A DNA stretch of 64,000 nt from an uncultured delta proteobacterium. Lineage in GTDB: Bacteria; Myxococcota; Myxococcia; Myxococcales; Myxococcaceae. The notes under the pieces are model-generated. The model had not been told where the DNA came from. It did no database searches and saw only the letters and a list, made by a program, of their open reading frames with translations. Below are positions 61,250 through 64,000 of the stretch, in pieces. Position 1 is the stretch's first letter, and every line of letters begins with the position of its first letter. The DNA is taken from the NCBI GenBank assembly GCA_963713045.1, contig CAVQKE010000006.1, positions 128,001 through 192,000 on the forward strand, read 5' to 3'. The position numbers and the translations under genes were made by a program.

Positions 61250-62536
61250 GTGAAGGCTCCCCGTGCCGTGGCCGGCCTCGGCCTCCTGGTCTGTTCCGTC
61301 GCCCTCGCGCAGGCGCCGGACGCGAAACTGCTGGCGGACATCCAAAAAATCAAGAGCGTCGATGCGCACTCTCGTCTCTTGGTGAATGCGGTGGAGCCGC
61401 CGACGGCGGCGCCTTCCCGTCGGGAGCCCTCGGCATTGCCGCTGCGGCTGCGTGGGGATGGGCCGGAATGGACGCGGGCCTGGAAGCTGCTTTACCGCGT
61501 CAACCTGGCGGACGCAGACACCGACGAAAACATCGCCCTGTTGCAGGAAGCGCGCGAGAAGCTGCGCCGGGAAAAGGGCGCGGCCTTCGCCGACTCCATG
61601 TTGGACGCAGCCGGGGTGGAGTTGGCGCTGGTGGAAGGCACGCCGCCGCCCAACACCACCGAGGCGCCGCCCGGGCGACTGCGCTTTCTGCCGCGGGCAG
61701 ACATCTTCCTTCGCCCCTTCAGCCAGGACTCGGCCGAGGCCCTGAAGCCGTTCTTCATCGCCGCGCGCACCTACACCCTGCCCAAGACGCTGGATGAATT
61801 TCTCAAGCGCATCGTCACCCCCGGGCTGGAGCGTTGGCTGGGGGGCGGGGCGGTGGGCGTGGACGTGGCCATTGCCGAATACCGTCCCCTCAACTTCGAT
61901 GAAGTGAATGCGGAGGTGGCCCGCGCCGCCTACGGCCGCCTGGTGGTTGCCGGCGAGCTGGGGGCCTCGGCGGCGGACCTCAAGGCCTTTCAGGACTACA
62001 CCTTCCGCTACATTGCCCGCGAAGCGGGGCGCCTCGGGCTGGTGGTGCACATCCACACCGGGATGGCCCGCGGCGCTGGACGGGACGTGGGCAACGGAAA
62101 CCCCCTGCTGCTGGAACCGATGCTGAACGACCCCAACACGCAGAAGACGCGCTTCCTGTTGGTGCACGGCGGCTTCCCGTTTGACAAGGAGGCCGCTCCG
62201 CTGCTGCTGCGGCCCAACGTCTGGGCCGACATCAGTCTGCAAGACCAGGTGCGCTCGCCCACCGAGTTGGCTGAGACGCTGCGGTGGTGGTTTGAATTGG
62301 CGCCGGAGAAGGTGCTCTTCGCCACCGACGCCTGGTCCAACCCAGCCGCTGCCCAGCTGCGCTGGCCGGAGTTGACGCTCCTCGGGGCGGAAACCACCCG
62401 CCAGGCCCTGGCGCTGGCCCTGGGGAAAATGGTGAGCGAGGGCCTCGTCACGCGCGACCGCGCGCTGCAAATTGCCGAGGGGGTGCTACGCGACAACGCG
62501 ATGGAGCTGCACGGCCTCAACGAGAAGCAGGGTTAA
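61250..62536 (+). CDS. Secreted amidohydrolase-family protein
   Basis: Signal peptide ending ALA; DAH, HIHTG, LVHGGFP, KVLFATD. Confidence 0.8.
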   Translation: MKAPRAVAGLGLLVCSVALAQAPDAKLLADIQKIKSVDAHSRLLVNAVEPPTAAPSRREPSALPLRLRGDGPEWTRAWKLLYRVNLADADTDENIALLQEAREKLRREKGAAFADSMLDAAGVELALVEGTPPPNTTEAPPGRLRFLPRADIFLRPFSQDSAEALKPFFIAARTYTLPKTLDEFLKRIVTPGLERWLGGGAVGVDVAIAEYRPLNFDEVNAEVARAAYGRLVVAGELGASAADLKAFQDYTFRYIAREAGRLGLVVHIHTGMARGAGRDVGNGNPLLLEPMLNDPNTQKTRFLLVHGGFPFDKEAAPLLLRPNVWADISLQDQVRSPTELAETLRWWFELAPEKVLFATDAWSNPAAAQLRWPELTLLGAETTRQALALALGKMVSEGLVTRDRALQIAEGVLRDNAMELHGLNEKQG

Positions 62537-63152
62537 TCCAGGCGAAGAGAGCCGTTCCCTCCAGCACGGCGCCGAGCGGCGCGCGCTCCTTGGCGCTGCG
62601 AACCAGCCCGCGGGCCAACCCCTGAAGCGGGATGGGCCGAAAGCGCTGCAGCCCGGGGAGTCGGGTCAGCAGGGCAAAGCCAGCCGGTGGCTGCCGTTCT
62701 TCGCTTTGGAAGGCCGAGGGACGAAACACCGTCCAGGGCAGGCCGCTCTCCACCACCAGCTTCTCGGCGGCCGCCTTGGCCTGCAGGTAGGCGCCGATGG
62801 GGTGGCCCGCCCCCACCGAAGACAGCAGCACCAGGTGGTCCACGCCCGCCTCGCGACCGGCGTCCACCAACGCCCGCGTGGTGCCGACGTCGCTGGTCTC
62901 ATAGGTGTCGCCCGCGGCGAAGCGGCTGCGCACGGTGCCGATGAGTTGCAGAATGGTGGTACAGTCACGAAGCGCGGCCAGCAGGGCTGCCCTGTCGGAC
63001 AACTCAAAGACGGCCTGCTGCCGGTCCGCGACGCGTCCCAGTTTGGGCCGCAGGTGGGCCAGGACGTCCAGTCCTTCGGCCTGGGCCAGCGGCACCACCA
63101 GCTTCCCCGTGGCGCCGCTCGAGCCTGCGATGAAGACTTTGCGCGGTCGCAC
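62517..63152 (-). CDS. NAD(P)-binding Rossmann-fold protein (atypical SDR)
   Basis: IAGSSGATG, LSSVGA, YLQAK, WTVFRPS. Confidence 0.85.
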   Translation of the reverse strand: MRPRKVFIAGSSGATGKLVVPLAQAEGLDVLAHLRPKLGRVADRQQAVFELSDRAALLAALRDCTTILQLIGTVRSRFAAGDTYETSDVGTTRALVDAGREAGVDHLVLLSSVGAGHPIGAYLQAKAAAEKLVVESGLPWTVFRPSAFQSEERQPPAGFALLTRLPGLQRFRPIPLQGLARGLVRSAKERAPLGAVLEGTALFAWINPASR

Positions 63153-63217
63153 CCGAACGCCACCATAGCAGGCGTCCGGCGGCGGGCCGTCTCCGGCTGT
63201 GGCATGGTTTGGGCTTG

Positions 63218-63991
63218 GTGAAGTCGCTCCGCCTTCCTTTGACGACGCTGTGTCCGGTTGTCCTTTCCGCCTTGGCCCTCAGTGCACAGGCAGCCACTCC
63301 CGCGGCCGGCTGTCAGGCGGGGCTGCAACGCATGTCCAATGGACGTGGCGCCGAAGAGGCGCTCCGCGCCTGCGTGCCCCTCTTTCGCGAGCCGGGCTGT
63401 CAGCTGGCCTGGGGGGAGTTGCTGGACGCGCCCCGCGCTTCCCCCGGCTACGGACGCGGAGCCAGCCTGGCCCGGCTGGCGGAGGCATGCGAGAAGGCCT
63501 ACTGCCGGTTTCCGGGAATGGCACACCAGCAGCTGTGCACCGGCACCGTCCCGCCCGCGCTGTCCCTTGAATTCTCCGATGCCTGGCGGGCCTTCCAGAC
63601 GGAAGTGCTTCGCCGCGAGCACGTCCCGGCCGCTACCAGCGACCGCCTGTTGCAAGCGCTCCGGCGCTGGGCTGGCTTTGTGCCGCGGCCGGGGCCGCGC
63701 CACGTCCTGCAGGCCGTCACCCGGCCGGACGTCCCTGGGGTGGTGGCGCTGACGCTGTGGAGTGCGCGCGGCGAACGCCTCGGGGCGTGGGTGGCGGAGT
63801 TGGACGTGGACGAGGCCACCCTGTTGGCGGTGCAGGCAGCACTGCCAGTGCCGCCAGGGGCCACGCCGCCGTCGGTGCCCTGCGTCCGGCTGGAGGCCTC
63901 CGCCAACCTGCCGCGCGCTTCCACCGAAGCGCTGTTGAAGATGCTGCGCGCGGTGTGCCCGGCGGACATGGTGACGGTGAATGAGGCCTGA
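63218..63991 (+). CDS. Hypothetical secreted protein
   Basis: Signal peptide ending AQA, several Cys; no recognised family. Confidence 0.55.
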   Translation: MKSLRLPLTTLCPVVLSALALSAQAATPAAGCQAGLQRMSNGRGAEEALRACVPLFREPGCQLAWGELLDAPRASPGYGRGASLARLAEACEKAYCRFPGMAHQQLCTGTVPPALSLEFSDAWRAFQTEVLRREHVPAATSDRLLQALRRWAGFVPRPGPRHVLQAVTRPDVPGVVALTLWSARGERLGAWVAELDVDEATLLAVQAALPVPPGATPPSVPCVRLEASANLPRASTEALLKMLRAVCPADMVTVNEA

Positions 63992-64000
63992 GGGGTCGCT

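Overview
GC-rich chromosomal segment of a myxobacterium (Myxococcota, judged from pomXYZ, an MXAN_5187-type domain and the parS sequence) spanning the probable replication origin. Left arm (minus strand): parB-parA, two perfect parS sites, rsmG, a 69-aa ORF, jag-like, yidC, yidD, rnpA, rpmH. Right arm: dnaA, a probable oriC, an inserted lipoprotein cytochrome c with a Fur-like operator, dnaN, recF, gyrB, tRNA-Gln. The remainder is mostly housekeeping: ileS-lspA-lgt, hemL, an F0-only atp operon, ychF, pdxA with three parvulin foldases, queE, an ABC-2 pair, a tandem pseudokinase-kinase, ettA, pomY-pomZ-pomX, rnz, hppA and a dprE1/dprE2-like pair. The only mobile element is a dead IS5-family copy; there is no CRISPR array or prophage. 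Single-base indels cluster at 56.7-59.8 kb and look like assembly errors. No complete novel multi-gene system can be shown from sequence alone. The best leads are the oriC-adjacent cytochrome with its operator, two paralogous membrane microproteins (one with a sigma-54 promoter), a catalytically dead archaemetzincin, a structured leader after ychF and a recurring near-leaderless promoter architecture. Product names are from motif recognition, not database searches.
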